NCBI GenBank assembly: GCA_944327275.1
Contig: CALVHB010000016.1
Span: 9,169 to 73,168, forward strand
Reading direction: 5' to 3'
Source: Candidatus Gastranaerophilales bacterium
Lineage (GTDB): Bacteria; Cyanobacteriota; Vampirovibrionia; Gastranaerophilales; Gastranaerophilaceae
DNA: 64,000 nt
Part shown: positions 45,269-56,247 of the stretch, one piece after another
Layout: each line of letters opens with the position of its first letter
Numbering within the stretch: position 1 is the first letter of the stretch
Translations under genes and position numbers: made by a program
Notes under the pieces: model-generated
What the model was told of the DNA's origin: nothing
Seen by the model: only the letters and a program-made list of their open reading frames with translations
Database searches by the model: none

Positions 45269-46126
45269 CTAAAAAGTAGTAGCAGGTTTTTTCTGAGCTG
45301 TAGCTCCAGGGATTGATTGCCAGTTAGCAGCCATAATCTTTTTGAATGATTTTAAAGCTGTATCTTCTAATTCGCCAAGTTCTTCAGCTTCCATAATTAA
45401 TTCTCTTAAAGGAAGCAAAGCTCTTTGGTCACGAAGTACACCTAGTGCTGCTGCTGCACCAGCTCTTACTAATTCATTTTCAGAACGGTTTTTCATAACG
45501 TCAATCAATGCAGGAACTGCTTTTGTATCATTTAATTTACCTAAAGAAGTTACGGCATAAATTCTTACGTTAACCCATTCGTCATACAACATATTGATAA
45601 CCTTATCAACAGCTTTTTTGTTGCCGATTTCACCCAATGCACGAGTTGCATCGCATCTAACATTAACTTTTTCGTGGTCTAAAGAAGCAATCAAAGCATC
45701 AGTTGCAACATCACCAATTTCGATTAAAGCATCAGTTGCTGTGATACAAACTTGAGGGTTTTCATCGTTTAGCGCTTCAACTAGAGGTTCTACAACAATT
45801 TTTCCGCCTAAACGACCTAATGCACGAGCTGCACGAACTCTAACATCTACGTTTCTGTCCTCACGTAATGATTCAATTAAGTGAGTTGTTGCTTTAGAAT
45901 CACCAAGTTCGCCTAATGCACGAGCTGCATATAATCTTACAGAACCGTTTTTATCGTGTTTTAAAACTTCAATAAGCGGTTCAACAGCTTTAGAGTCACC
46001 CATTTCACCTAAAATACGGGCAGCATTATATCTAACTTTTTCCGAATTACTTGTTTTTAAATCTGTTAATAATTCATCAAAAGATTTTTTAACTTGTTTT
46101 TTCTTGCTGTTAACACTAATTGTCAT
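45269..46126 (-). CDS. HEAT-repeat (PBS-lyase-type) protein
   Basis: 285 aa with about 8 repeats of the pattern VR..AARALG.LGD.KAV.PLI..L. Confidence 0.8.
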   Translation of the reverse strand: MTISVNSKKKQVKKSFDELLTDLKTSNSEKVRYNAARILGEMGDSKAVEPLIEVLKHDKNGSVRLYAARALGELGDSKATTHLIESLREDRNVDVRVRAARALGRLGGKIVVEPLVEALNDENPQVCITATDALIEIGDVATDALIASLDHEKVNVRCDATRALGEIGNKKAVDKVINMLYDEWVNVRIYAVTSLGKLNDTKAVPALIDVMKNRSENELVRAGAAAALGVLRDQRALLPLRELIMEAEELGELEDTALKSFKKIMAANWQSIPGATAQKKPATTF

Positions 46127-46456
46127 TCACTTTCCTCCGACACACAATATTAAATTCTACTACACTTATGTTTTAATAAAAAATTTTTAGAATAAAATAT
46201 TGCCTTTTTTACCTACTTATATTAATTTTTATTAACATTATTTTTTTGTATGTCTTTTTACCTTTTACCAAGTGCAGTTTAGGGTCGTTAAATTTTTTAA
46301 GGGTAAAACTAACACTTTATACATGTAATATAACATATTTTTTAATTTAATGCTTGAATTGCATCAAATATTTTAAAATTGCTCTTGATTGTTTTTTTAA
46401 TAAAAGAGGTCTTACGCTTATATATTAATCAAATTTGTAACAATTCTTAATCAATA

Positions 46457-48133
46457 CTACTCACTACAGATAGTAATAATAAACTCACTACCCTCTCCAA
46501 CCTTACTATTTACAATGATTTCGCCTTTGTGTTTTTCTATTATTTTAGAACAAATAGCTAGCCCAAGTCCTGTTCCAACTCCTGCACTTTTTGTGGTAAA
46601 ACCTGCTGTAAATATCTTGCTGAGCTGGTTTTGGGGTATTCCTTTCCCGGTATCTTTTATCTTTATAATAAGTTTATTGTTAACAAATTCAGTCGAGATT
46701 GTAATTTTTCCATTACCCTCTATTGCTTGGCATGCATTAATTAAGATGTTTGTAAAAACTTGATTGAGCATGTTTGGAAAACATTTAATAGTCGGGATTT
46801 CACCATAATTTTTTATTACTTCAATTCTATTTTTTGTTTCATGTCTAATTAATTCTAAAGTAAGATCCAGCTCTTTATTAATATCAGCTTCTTGTAATTC
46901 TGCTTCATCAAGGCGAACGAATTTTTTTAGAGATGTAACTATGTTACTTATTCTATTTACAGCTTCTTTGTCTATTTGATTTATATCGGTAAGCATTTCT
47001 TTCAATTCGTCGTTTTCTATTGAATCAAGCAGTTTTGCGACGATTCCGTTGTTGGATTTAATTGATGCTACAGGAGTATTTATTTCATGTGCTACTCCGG
47101 CTACTAATTGACCAAGTGAGGCCATTTTTTCTGAATTAATAAGCTGAATTTGAGTTTCTTTCAGTTCTTTTAGGGTATTTTTTAATTCTTTAACTGTTTG
47201 AATATTTTTTTGATAGAGTTCTGCTCTTGTTATTGCGTTTGATAATTGTGTTGAAATTGCTTCAAGAATTTCTATCTCTTCATTAAGTTCTCGTTTTTGA
47301 TAACTTAGTAAAACTATGACTCCCATTAGGTTTTGAAGGTGATGTATAGGGATAATTATTCTTAGAACTGTTTGTTTAAATGGTTTTGCATCAGCGTATT
47401 CTACGAGAGAATTTGATACGGCAATTTCTTTTCTAGCAATAGTTTCAGTTGTTTTTGAGTCAAAGTGAATTTTTTTATCCGCTTTAGGTTTTTTTTCTCC
47501 GTAGATTTCTTTTATTGAAAAAGAATCTCCTTCTGATTTTGCGTAATATGCTTTGAATGAACTGAACATTACAGCTAATTCTTTTAGGGCAGATTGTACA
47601 ATTTGTGAAAGGTCAATGCTTTCTCGAATATTGTTTGAAACCTTGTTTATGAGAGCGATACGGATTGCTTGACTTTGAGCTTTTTGTTTTATTTTTTGCA
47701 AGTCTTTGTTTTCTTCCAGAAGTTGTTCGTACTTTTCTTTCAATTTTAAATTTTCTTTGTAAACATCATTCAACTTATTTTGTGCGCTTACGTCTGTAAA
47801 AAATATGATTGTGTAGTGTCCCCTTTTTATTGATTGGAGATCATAATAAAATATTCTGTTTAGTTCTGATTGATAAGATATTCTTGCAAAAAAATTTTCC
47901 TTAGAGTTAATAGCATGGTATATTGGAGAATAGATTTCGATATTTTCAGCGTCGAGTGGACAAATGTCAAATCCTGTATTGTGAGAGAATTTTTTTAGAT
48001 TTTCAAACCCCTTAAACCATCTTTTAAAAGTATGGTTTCTATAAACGACTTCATTTTTTTTATTTAATATGATGACAGCATCCCTAAACTGTCTGAAAAT
48101 ATCAAATTTTTTCATATAAATATTATATTTCAA
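46457..48133 (-). CDS. cytoplasmic sensor histidine kinase (PAS/GAF-like N-terminus)
   Basis: H-box VAHEINTPV, N-box NILINACQA and G-box GVGTGLGLAIC. No TM helix is present. Confidence 0.8.
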   Translation of the reverse strand: MKYNIYMKKFDIFRQFRDAVIILNKKNEVVYRNHTFKRWFKGFENLKKFSHNTGFDICPLDAENIEIYSPIYHAINSKENFFARISYQSELNRIFYYDLQSIKRGHYTIIFFTDVSAQNKLNDVYKENLKLKEKYEQLLEENKDLQKIKQKAQSQAIRIALINKVSNNIRESIDLSQIVQSALKELAVMFSSFKAYYAKSEGDSFSIKEIYGEKKPKADKKIHFDSKTTETIARKEIAVSNSLVEYADAKPFKQTVLRIIIPIHHLQNLMGVIVLLSYQKRELNEEIEILEAISTQLSNAITRAELYQKNIQTVKELKNTLKELKETQIQLINSEKMASLGQLVAGVAHEINTPVASIKSNNGIVAKLLDSIENDELKEMLTDINQIDKEAVNRISNIVTSLKKFVRLDEAELQEADINKELDLTLELIRHETKNRIEVIKNYGEIPTIKCFPNMLNQVFTNILINACQAIEGNGKITISTEFVNNKLIIKIKDTGKGIPQNQLSKIFTAGFTTKSAGVGTGLGLAICSKIIEKHKGEIIVNSKVGEGSEFIITICSE

Positions 48134-48220
48134 TCTGGTAAAGTGGGCAATTTATTTAAAATGTAGCAATATGTTGTCGAGAGAAGTTATATATAGAAAA
48201 TAAAATTTGACGGAGGTTCG

Positions 48221-48430
48221 ATGAGTGGATTTAAAAAAATAGGTGAAAAGATAAAATTTTATAGAGAAAAACGAGGCCTATCAAAGGAAATTCTTGCAAA
48301 AAGGACTTATATGACTGTGCAAAAATTGAATGAAATTGAAAATGGTGATATTGTATACCAATTTTGGACTTTGCAAAAAATAGCGAGAGCTTTGGATATA
48401 GATCTGCCCGGATTATTAAATTTTGAATAA
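48221..48430 (+). CDS. XRE-family helix-turn-helix protein
   Basis: 69 aa. IKFYREKRGLSKEILAKRTYMTVQKLNEIENG is a Cro/C1-type HTH. Confidence 0.75.
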   Translation: MSGFKKIGEKIKFYREKRGLSKEILAKRTYMTVQKLNEIENGDIVYQFWTLQKIARALDIDLPGLLNFE

Positions 48431-48467
48431 AAAAAAGACCGCTGAAAATTCAAGCGGTCTTTTTTAT
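48431..48467. terminator. bidirectional intrinsic terminator
   Basis: AAGACCGCT / AGCGGTCTT stem flanked by A6 and T6. Confidence 0.8.
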
Positions 48468-48479
48468 TATTTGTGTAAA

Positions 48480-50162
48480 CTATGCATTTACTAAACTTTT
48501 AGCTCTTTCTAATTGAAGAGTACAAGTTGTAACATCACAAACACAAGATGGACCAAAGTATTGAATTGCACCAGGGAATAGATATCTGTCATTCAATGCC
48601 CAGTCTTCTCTGTTTTGTTCAAGTTGTTTGAATACCGGTCCGTCCAATTTTACAAGAGCTTTTTGAATTACAGGTTTCATTGCACCATGACGTCTTTCCA
48701 TATTCATCATCATAGTTAGAGGAATACCGCCGGCAATCCATTTGTCAGCTGATTCTGTAAGATTTCTTACTGATGACAAGTAACCAGTTAGACCGAAATT
48801 GATTAATGCAAAAGCGTTGAAGCCTAGTGAGTAGCAGTAATCAGCATCAAAGTTTGATGGGAATGCACATCTGCCTTCATATCCAAAGAAGTGTGATTGT
48901 GCATTAAATTTACCAATATAAGCTCCTTGAGACTTCAATTCATCAAGTCTTGTTTGAATCATTTCGATTAACAATTTTTCAGTTTCAATTTTAGATACTT
49001 GAACGTTACCGTGAGGGTCACGATCAGCTAACAATTGAGTTTTGATAAGTGCAGGCAAAGAGTTATAAACTTTTGCGTTTGCTGGTTCTAGTCTGTTTTC
49101 TACGATATCGAATTTGTCACGAATAGTTGTTGCGTTAACAAAATCAGGATCGTTTTCTAATGCAGCCATGATATCGTTAAGGTTTGCAATCATAGATTTC
49201 ATTTCAGGAATAAATTCTATCAAACCTTCCGGAACAATCGCAATACCAAAGTTTTTGCCCATATCAGCACGTTTAACTATGATATCACACATATAGTTAA
49301 TTATGCTTTCTAAAGACATTTTCTTTTCTTCAACTTCTTCAGAAATTAAAGTGATGTTTGGCTGAGTTTGCAAAGCTGCTTCTAATGCTACGTGAGAAGC
49401 ACTTCTACCCATGATTTTTACAAAGTGCCAATATTTTTTTGCAGAATTTGCATCACGTTCAATGTTTCCGATAAGTTCAGCATAAGTTTTTGTAGCTGTG
49501 TCAAATCCGAAAGAAATTTCGATTTGATCGTTTTTCAAGTCTCCATCGATTGTTTTAGGACATCCGATTACTTGGATACCTGTATTGTTTTTTACAAACC
49601 ATTCAGCCAAAAGTGCTGCGTTAGTATTAGAATCATCTCCACCAATAATTACTACTGCTGAGATGTTAAGTTTTTTACATACATCCAGTGATTTTTGGAA
49701 TTGTTCTTCTGTTTCAAGTTTAGTTCTACCTGAACCAATGATGTCAAAACCACCAGTGTTTCTGTATGCATCCATGAATTTGTCATCAAATTCAACATAT
49801 TTTCCATCAATGATACCTGAAGGTCCACCTAGGAATCCATATAATTTGTTGTTTGAATTTGCTTGTTTTAATGCATCGTAAAGACCTGCAATAACGTTGT
49901 GTCCGCCAGGAGCTTGTCCGCCTGAAAGGATTACACCTACATTTCTTACTTCTGATGATTTTGAAGAAGAACTGTTTTTGAATGTAACAACAGGTTTTCC
50001 GTAAGTATTTTTGAATAAATCTTTAATTTGTTCTTGATCTCTAACTGATTGAGTTGCAGAACCTTCAACCATTTCCAAGTTGTTAATACCGTTAGATAGG
50101 CATTCAGGAAGTTTTGGTTGATACTTTAATCTTTCGATTTGTAGTGGTGAAAGTTTTTCCAT
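48480..50162 (-). CDS. pfp: diphosphate--fructose-6-phosphate 1-phosphotransferase (long PPi-PFK)
   Basis: 560 aa with [17 protein letters not shown] and MGRSASH. Confidence 0.85.
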   Translation of the reverse strand: MEKLSPLQIERLKYQPKLPECLSNGINNLEMVEGSATQSVRDQEQIKDLFKNTYGKPVVTFKNSSSSKSSEVRNVGVILSGGQAPGGHNVIAGLYDALKQANSNNKLYGFLGGPSGIIDGKYVEFDDKFMDAYRNTGGFDIIGSGRTKLETEEQFQKSLDVCKKLNISAVVIIGGDDSNTNAALLAEWFVKNNTGIQVIGCPKTIDGDLKNDQIEISFGFDTATKTYAELIGNIERDANSAKKYWHFVKIMGRSASHVALEAALQTQPNITLISEEVEEKKMSLESIINYMCDIIVKRADMGKNFGIAIVPEGLIEFIPEMKSMIANLNDIMAALENDPDFVNATTIRDKFDIVENRLEPANAKVYNSLPALIKTQLLADRDPHGNVQVSKIETEKLLIEMIQTRLDELKSQGAYIGKFNAQSHFFGYEGRCAFPSNFDADYCYSLGFNAFALINFGLTGYLSSVRNLTESADKWIAGGIPLTMMMNMERRHGAMKPVIQKALVKLDGPVFKQLEQNREDWALNDRYLFPGAIQYFGPSCVCDVTTCTLQLERAKSLVNA

Positions 50163-50362
50163 ATTTCTCTTCCTTCTATTGAGTAATACTATTTACAGTT
50201 ACATTTTACAATAAAAAAAATCTATTTTACATGATTAATATCATAATCGTTTTATTCTATAGTAGTTATGTTTTTTAATTTCCAATTAATGAATATTGTT
50301 CAAATGGTAAAATATTAGTTTTTATAATATAATAATTACAGCTAGTTATAGGGAGATGTGAA

Positions 50363-51316
50363 ATGGGAAAAAATAGAATCGGAATTGATGTTGGTGGTAC
50401 AAATGTAAAAATAGCTCTTGTTGATGACAAGGGTAATATTATATATTCAAATTCCGTACCTACTCGTGCAGAAATGGGATATGAATATACTGTCAACAAT
50501 ATAAAACAAGCTATTTATGACTTGATGAAAGAAACAAAACTTTCTACTAAAGATATTGAAGGTATAGGTTTTGGCTTCCCGGGACAGGTGGATTATAAGG
50601 CAGGTATTGTGAGAAATGCTCCTAATATCCCTGGTTGGGTTGATGTGCCTATTGCAAAATTGATAGAAGATGAATTTAAAATTCCTACACGAGTTGATAA
50701 TGATGTTAGATGTGCTGCTCTTGGAGAATTGAATTATGGTGCCGGTAAAGGTTGTGAAAATCTTATTTGTATTACTGTAGGTACAGGTATTGGATCCGGA
50801 CTTATTGTAAACGGAAAATTGGTAAGAGGTGCTTCCAACGCAGCAGGAGAAATCGGTCATATTAAACTTCAAATGGAAGGTGGCCCTTTATGTGGATGCG
50901 GTGACACCGGATGTATGGAAGCTTTTGCTTCAGGTCCTTCAATTGTAGCTATGGCTGAGGATTATATAAAGGGAGGAAAATCTACTAAATTCCGTGAAAT
51001 GGCTAATGGTGGACAAATTACTCCTTATATTGTATGCGAGGCTGCAAAAGCTGGAGACCCTGTTGCTCAAAGAATTTTTACAATAATGGGACAATATATC
51101 GGTATAGGTATGGCAAGTGTAGTTAACTTGTTGAATCCTGAAAAAATTATTATTGGTGGTGGTGTTGCTGATGCGGGAGAATTCCTTCTTGCACCTTTAA
51201 CAGAAACTTTGAAGAAACGTGCTATGAAGATAGCAGGCTCAGCTGTGGAAGTTGTTCCTGCTCAGTTAGGTAACACTGCAGGTGTAATCGGAGCAAGCTT
51301 ACTTATTGAATCGTAA
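50363..51316 (+). CDS. glk: ROK-family glucokinase
   Basis: GIDVGGTNVK and the zinc motif CGCGDTGCMEAFASG. Confidence 0.8.
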   Translation: MGKNRIGIDVGGTNVKIALVDDKGNIIYSNSVPTRAEMGYEYTVNNIKQAIYDLMKETKLSTKDIEGIGFGFPGQVDYKAGIVRNAPNIPGWVDVPIAKLIEDEFKIPTRVDNDVRCAALGELNYGAGKGCENLICITVGTGIGSGLIVNGKLVRGASNAAGEIGHIKLQMEGGPLCGCGDTGCMEAFASGPSIVAMAEDYIKGGKSTKFREMANGGQITPYIVCEAAKAGDPVAQRIFTIMGQYIGIGMASVVNLLNPEKIIIGGGVADAGEFLLAPLTETLKKRAMKIAGSAVEVVPAQLGNTAGVIGASLLIES

Positions 51317-51318
51317 TT

Positions 51319-52275
51319 ATGGCAATATATTTTCTATATGGAGAAGAAGATTATAATATTGAACAGGAAATCGGGAAATTAAAAAAAGGGCTCGATAAAA
51401 ATTTTCTTGAAATGTCTTTCAAGACATACGATAACCCAAAATTTCCCGATTTAATTTCAATACTTCGTTCTCAGCCAATGATGTTTGGGAAAATGCTTGT
51501 GGTGATAAATTGCCTTGATTATTTCTCAAAAACTTTTGAAGACAAAGAAATTAAAGAAATTGAAAAAGCTCTTGATGACAACAATGAAAACCTTGATATT
51601 GTTTTTGTTGCTCAACTACCAAGGAATGAAGGCAAAAAACTTGACAGCCGTAAGAAATTTTTTAAACTGCTGGCAAAACATAATGCTAAAGAATGTGCGG
51701 TTATACCTACCTACAAAACAGCTGAACTTGAAAGCTGGATTATAAAGCAGGGTAAGTCTAAAGGTTTAAAATTTGAGAAAGATGCTCTTACCGCAATTAT
51801 CGCCCAAATCGGAAATAATTTAAGACAAATTGATGGTGAGTTGGACAAATTAAAGCTGTTTGTCTATCCGAAAGATAATATTACAGCCGGTATGGTGAAG
51901 GAAATTTGTATATCAAATGAGGATTTGTTTGCTTTCTCTGATTACTTAATGGAAAATGAAAAAGATAAGGCTCTATTGGAATATAGAAAACTTCTTGAGA
52001 CAAGATATCCGCTTGAAATTCTATCTACTTTACAGACAATGCTCAGAAGGTGGATTATATTGAAAGCTAAGGCTCAAAGCTCATCGGCGTTTGAACTTGC
52101 AAAACTTACCGGCATGCACGAATATGTTGTAAAATTGAATTTGCAAAAGTTGAAAAAAACTAACTTGAAAGATTTAGTAAAGTTAAAACAAAATCTGACA
52201 GAGGCGGAATATCGGATAAAATCTGGTCAGGCTTTTGATGTAGAAAAAGAAGTTGAAAATGCCTTATTCAGATAA
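51319..52275 (+). CDS. holA: DNA polymerase III delta subunit
   Basis: 318 aa. The N-terminal IYFLYGEEDYNIEQ and the overall length and pattern are HolA-like. Confidence 0.7.
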   Translation: MAIYFLYGEEDYNIEQEIGKLKKGLDKNFLEMSFKTYDNPKFPDLISILRSQPMMFGKMLVVINCLDYFSKTFEDKEIKEIEKALDDNNENLDIVFVAQLPRNEGKKLDSRKKFFKLLAKHNAKECAVIPTYKTAELESWIIKQGKSKGLKFEKDALTAIIAQIGNNLRQIDGELDKLKLFVYPKDNITAGMVKEICISNEDLFAFSDYLMENEKDKALLEYRKLLETRYPLEILSTLQTMLRRWIILKAKAQSSSAFELAKLTGMHEYVVKLNLQKLKKTNLKDLVKLKQNLTEAEYRIKSGQAFDVEKEVENALFR

Positions 52276-52312
52276 AATTTCTAAAACATATTAAAATAAT
52301 ACAGGTAAATTT

Positions 52313-53173
52313 ATGAATGATTTAAAAGAACAGTATCCATTTTTAATGAAATATTTTAACAGCGGCATATGTGACGATGGTAAAAATATTGCTCATTGTA
52401 TTCTTTTTTATGGTTCTGATTTACAGGCTCAATATGATTTAGCTCTCGAAATTGCAAGGTTACTTAATTGCAAAGAATCACGTTCTCAAGATTGTCAATG
52501 TTTAAATTGTAAGTGGATTAGAGAAAATAATCATCCTGCAGTGTTGACAATTTCAAAAGTTGATAACAAACCTTCTGATGATTCTTCAAAAACCGTAATT
52601 TCAATTGAACAGGCTAGGATGATTAAAAATGATTTGTTAGTGACATCAGATTATCATAGGGTTTTGATTTTTTGTGATAAGGATAAAGATGGTAATATTT
52701 GCGGACTTAATCAACAGAATTTTCAAGCTGATGCGGCTAACGCTTTGTTGAAAACTTTTGAGGAACCTCCATCAAATACAACTTTTATTTTTCTGACAAA
52801 AGATAGATCAGATATGATTACTACAGTGGTTTCTCGAGCTCAGTGTTTCTATGTGCCATCTATGAAAGATGATGTAAGAAATTTTGAACTTGTAAAAGAT
52901 TTTATGGATGAGTATTGGAAAATTCAAAGAGCCGATGTACTTGATTTTAACGATAAAATTTTGGAAGCTGTTAGGGAAAATGATCCTGAACAAATTTTTA
53001 CTCAAATGCAGAATTACATAGTTATGATTATAAAATCAAATATTCAAAATTTACCGTTGAAAGTTAAATTGATTAGTGATATAAAAATAATTGAAAAAGC
53101 TAAAAAAGAACTTAAGCTAAACATGAATATCCAGACTATTGTCGAAAATTTGAGTTTTAACATTGTTTTGTAG
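52313..53173 (+). CDS. holB: DNA polymerase III delta' subunit-like
   Basis: HCILFYGS, the zinc module CQCLNCKWI, and AANALLKTFEEPP. Confidence 0.7.
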   Translation: MNDLKEQYPFLMKYFNSGICDDGKNIAHCILFYGSDLQAQYDLALEIARLLNCKESRSQDCQCLNCKWIRENNHPAVLTISKVDNKPSDDSSKTVISIEQARMIKNDLLVTSDYHRVLIFCDKDKDGNICGLNQQNFQADAANALLKTFEEPPSNTTFIFLTKDRSDMITTVVSRAQCFYVPSMKDDVRNFELVKDFMDEYWKIQRADVLDFNDKILEAVRENDPEQIFTQMQNYIVMIIKSNIQNLPLKVKLISDIKIIEKAKKELKLNMNIQTIVENLSFNIVL

Positions 53174-53233
53174 CAAAAAGTTTTTTTCTTGTGTTTTAAG
53201 ATTTTTTGATTAGGAATTATGAGGATTAACATT

Positions 53234-53731
53234 ATGAAAATAGCAGGCGGTATAAATCAAAAAGGACATATATTTGTAAATAGTTTTAATGATGCTGGCA
53301 ATATACTCACAAAAAGATTGATAAAAAATGGTAAACAGTATGATTATTACTATGAAAATTCTGCTAAAAAACTGGGATATGATTGTGTTTTAATTACACA
53401 TCCAAAAACCGGCAAACAGTATGTTAAAGAAGCTCCTGAAAGATATAATTGGTTTAAAGGGATATTAAAAAGTATTTTTGGGGATGCTGATATGAATATT
53501 GTTAAAGATAAAAATGGGGAAAAGTACATAACATATTCAACATTGGATCTTGATGATTTTTATAACAGAAGTACAGGTGAGAATGTTATGGGAGATTTTT
53601 ATCGTAACGTAACAGGCTATACCAACAAAGAAGTGGATAAAGAACAATCAAGATTAGAAAAGTTTTTTACCAGAGTAAACCCTAACAAAGACAGACAGAC
53701 TTTGAATATAAGCGAATATGTTAAACAATAG
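53234..53731 (+). CDS. hypothetical protein
   Basis: I chose ATG 53234 behind GAGGA. The N-terminus is MKIAGGINQKGHIFVNSFNDAG. No known motif. Confidence 0.5.
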   Translation: MKIAGGINQKGHIFVNSFNDAGNILTKRLIKNGKQYDYYYENSAKKLGYDCVLITHPKTGKQYVKEAPERYNWFKGILKSIFGDADMNIVKDKNGEKYITYSTLDLDDFYNRSTGENVMGDFYRNVTGYTNKEVDKEQSRLEKFFTRVNPNKDRQTLNISEYVKQ

Positions 53732-53764
53732 ATTTGAATATTAGTATAATTATTAAAACAAAAG

Positions 53765-54124
53765 TTATTGTCTGTATTTTTCCATAAGTTTTTTCGCTTT
53801 TTCCTCAAGTTTTGCTTGTTTAGCGATGTTATGGAGTTCTTTTTCTGCCGGAGTTTTTACTCTAAACATATTTAGAATCCATACTTTTAAAAGTTTCATT
53901 CCGGTTTTGGAAAAAATCGGAACACTTATTCTTGGTTGTTTTGGGAGTTTTTGTGTAATGTCGTAATTATCCAAAGCTTCTTTTGCATATTCAATAGACG
54001 ATTGACGGAAGTTTTTGTAATTTCCTTTTATAGCGGAAAGCATTTGTTCATCCCTTAGCTGCATTAATCTTTTTGCAGTAGCTTTTTCGCTTTCACTGAA
54101 GGTTATTTTTGGAATTTTTGCCAT
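53765..54124 (-). CDS. hypothetical protein
   Basis: 119 aa, Lys-rich, with no known motif. Confidence 0.5.
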   Translation of the reverse strand: MAKIPKITFSESEKATAKRLMQLRDEQMLSAIKGNYKNFRQSSIEYAKEALDNYDITQKLPKQPRISVPIFSKTGMKLLKVWILNMFRVKTPAEKELHNIAKQAKLEEKAKKLMEKYRQ

Positions 54125-54178
54125 ATTACATACCCCTTTTTGGAAAATTATTTTATATTAACATTTTTTTTGTGTCAA

Positions 54179-55282
54179 CTAAATTATAAATTTTCCGTTT
54201 TCATATATTAATTTGTCATCGGCAAATATTTTTCCACCATTTTTCATGTTTTTAATCATGTCCCAATGTAGGCCGGATACATTTTTTCCACCAGTTTCAG
54301 GGTAAGAAGCTCCTACAGCCATATGTATTGAACCGCCAATTTTTTCATCAAAAAGTATGTTTCCTGTAACCTCTTGAATTTCATCATTTGTCCCGATTGC
54401 GATTTCTCCTATACCTTTAGAACCTTCATCCATGTTAAACATAGCTTCTAGATAATCTTTTCCTGTATCTGCATCAAATTTTACAATTTGTCCGTTTTCA
54501 ATCCACAAGTGGACTCCTGTCGCAGAATTTCCGCGATAGTTTTGTGGAAAATCAAAATAAATTTCTCCATTTATTCCATCTTCTACAGGTGATGTGAAGA
54601 CTTCTCCATCAGGATAATTGTTTAAACCTGAACAGCTTATCCATTTTCTGCCTTCTACGTTAAATGTTATATCTGTTTTTTCTCCAACAATTCGTAAATT
54701 TTTTGTGTTATTTAGATAATTTGCCCATTTAGTTTGTTTTTCATCAAGATCTCGAAGTTTTTCAACCGGATTTTCAAGATCAAGGTAGCAGGATTTGAAT
54801 AAAAATTCAGAATATTCATCAAGGGACATTTTAGCTTCTTGTGCTAATGCGTGAGTTGGAACATCTGCTACAACCCATTTTGCTTCCCCTTTTGCTGAAC
54901 GTTCCATTAAGGTTTTTGATAGTTCTTGTGAAGCTTTTGAACGTTTTGCAAGTTTTTTTAAATCAGCTCTTGCCATATTTTTGGTATTCATAGGAGCACC
55001 TATTGAGATAAATTTGTCAATTGTTTCATATTCCATTTTTATTATTGGATCTATGTATTCAAGTTGTTCATCAGAAGCTAGTTTGATAAAAATATCTGAC
55101 ATATCATCATATGATGTTCTTAAGATAGGATGTGCACCTTTTTCAAGCACCCTTTTATAAAGAGCTTTTACAAGTTCTTTTGCGTAAATACTAGTTGCTC
55201 GAATTTGTACTAAATCACCTTTTTGTACATCTGTAGAATAATCTACCAAAACTTCTGCATATTTATCCCAAATTGTTTTCAT
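54179..55282 (-). CDS. M29-family aminopeptidase (AmpS/PepS-like)
   Basis: 367 aa with an N-terminal WDKYAEVLVDYSTDVQKGDLVQI pattern and C-terminal GGSIHMAVG...HWD. Confidence 0.7.
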   Translation of the reverse strand: MKTIWDKYAEVLVDYSTDVQKGDLVQIRATSIYAKELVKALYKRVLEKGAHPILRTSYDDMSDIFIKLASDEQLEYIDPIIKMEYETIDKFISIGAPMNTKNMARADLKKLAKRSKASQELSKTLMERSAKGEAKWVVADVPTHALAQEAKMSLDEYSEFLFKSCYLDLENPVEKLRDLDEKQTKWANYLNNTKNLRIVGEKTDITFNVEGRKWISCSGLNNYPDGEVFTSPVEDGINGEIYFDFPQNYRGNSATGVHLWIENGQIVKFDADTGKDYLEAMFNMDEGSKGIGEIAIGTNDEIQEVTGNILFDEKIGGSIHMAVGASYPETGGKNVSGLHWDMIKNMKNGGKIFADDKLIYENGKFII

Positions 55283-55374
55283 AATATCTCCTGTTTTTCT
55301 TCTTATTAAAATAGCGTCATTAAAAATATTTGACGCTATTCTAAATTAATTATACACGATTAAAAATTAACAGA

Positions 55375-56178
55375 CTATTCTTCAAGTGATTCATGTCCGC
55401 TTTTATGAGATTTCAAAAGTACTCCGCGTTTTGAAGTTTGAATAAAATCTATCATTTTTTCAATATATTCGTTCATTGGAATTTCTGCTTTAATTTTTTC
55501 AATAGCTTGAGTTGTGTTGTATTCATCGGAAATTAACAATTTGAACGCTTCATTTACGTGAGTTCTTACATCTTGAGGAACTCCACGACGTTTCATAGCT
55601 ATTACGTTAAGTCCGCGAGGAACAGGTGGTCTGCCTTCTCCTTTTGAGTATGGCAAAATATCTTGACGTGATGCTGAAAATCCGCTAATAATAGCCATAT
55701 CGCCGATTCTTATATTTTGATGGAATACGCTCATTCCGCCAACAAATGCACCAAAGCCAACATGTACATGGCCACCGAGTGTTACAAGGTTTGCCAAAAT
55801 TACTTGGTCATCAAGTACGCAGTTATGAGCAACATGAGAGCCTACCATAAGCAGACATTTTTTACCGATTCTTGTTGTATAATCTCCACAGGCAGCTCCT
55901 CTGTGTACAGTTACGTTTTCTTTAATAATAGTACCATCACCTATTACAACTTTTGTAGGTTCTCCTTTGTATCCTAAATCTTGAGGTTCTGAACCTATTG
56001 TCGCAAATGGTGAAATTGTGCAATCATCACCTATTTCAGCAAATTCAATATTAGCATTTGAAATAACTCTTGTTCTGTGCCCTATTGTAACATTTTCTCC
56101 TATAACAACGTATGGTCCGATTATTGCATCATCAGCAATCTTTGCTGTTGGGTGTATAATCGCAGTTTTGTCTATCAT
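55375..56178 (-). CDS. lpxA: acyl-ACP--UDP-N-acetylglucosamine O-acyltransferase
   Basis: 267 aa. It has hexapeptide repeats starting at IHPTAKIADDAIIGPYVVIG, a helical C-domain, and lipid A gene context. Confidence 0.85.
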   Translation of the reverse strand: MIDKTAIIHPTAKIADDAIIGPYVVIGENVTIGHRTRVISNANIEFAEIGDDCTISPFATIGSEPQDLGYKGEPTKVVIGDGTIIKENVTVHRGAACGDYTTRIGKKCLLMVGSHVAHNCVLDDQVILANLVTLGGHVHVGFGAFVGGMSVFHQNIRIGDMAIISGFSASRQDILPYSKGEGRPPVPRGLNVIAMKRRGVPQDVRTHVNEAFKLLISDEYNTTQAIEKIKAEIPMNEYIEKMIDFIQTSKRGVLLKSHKSGHESLEE

Positions 56179-56247
56179 AAATTCCTCTCTTTCCTGTAAT
56201 ATAAGTCAATTATATTACAAATTTCGAAAAAGTGGCGGATATTTATA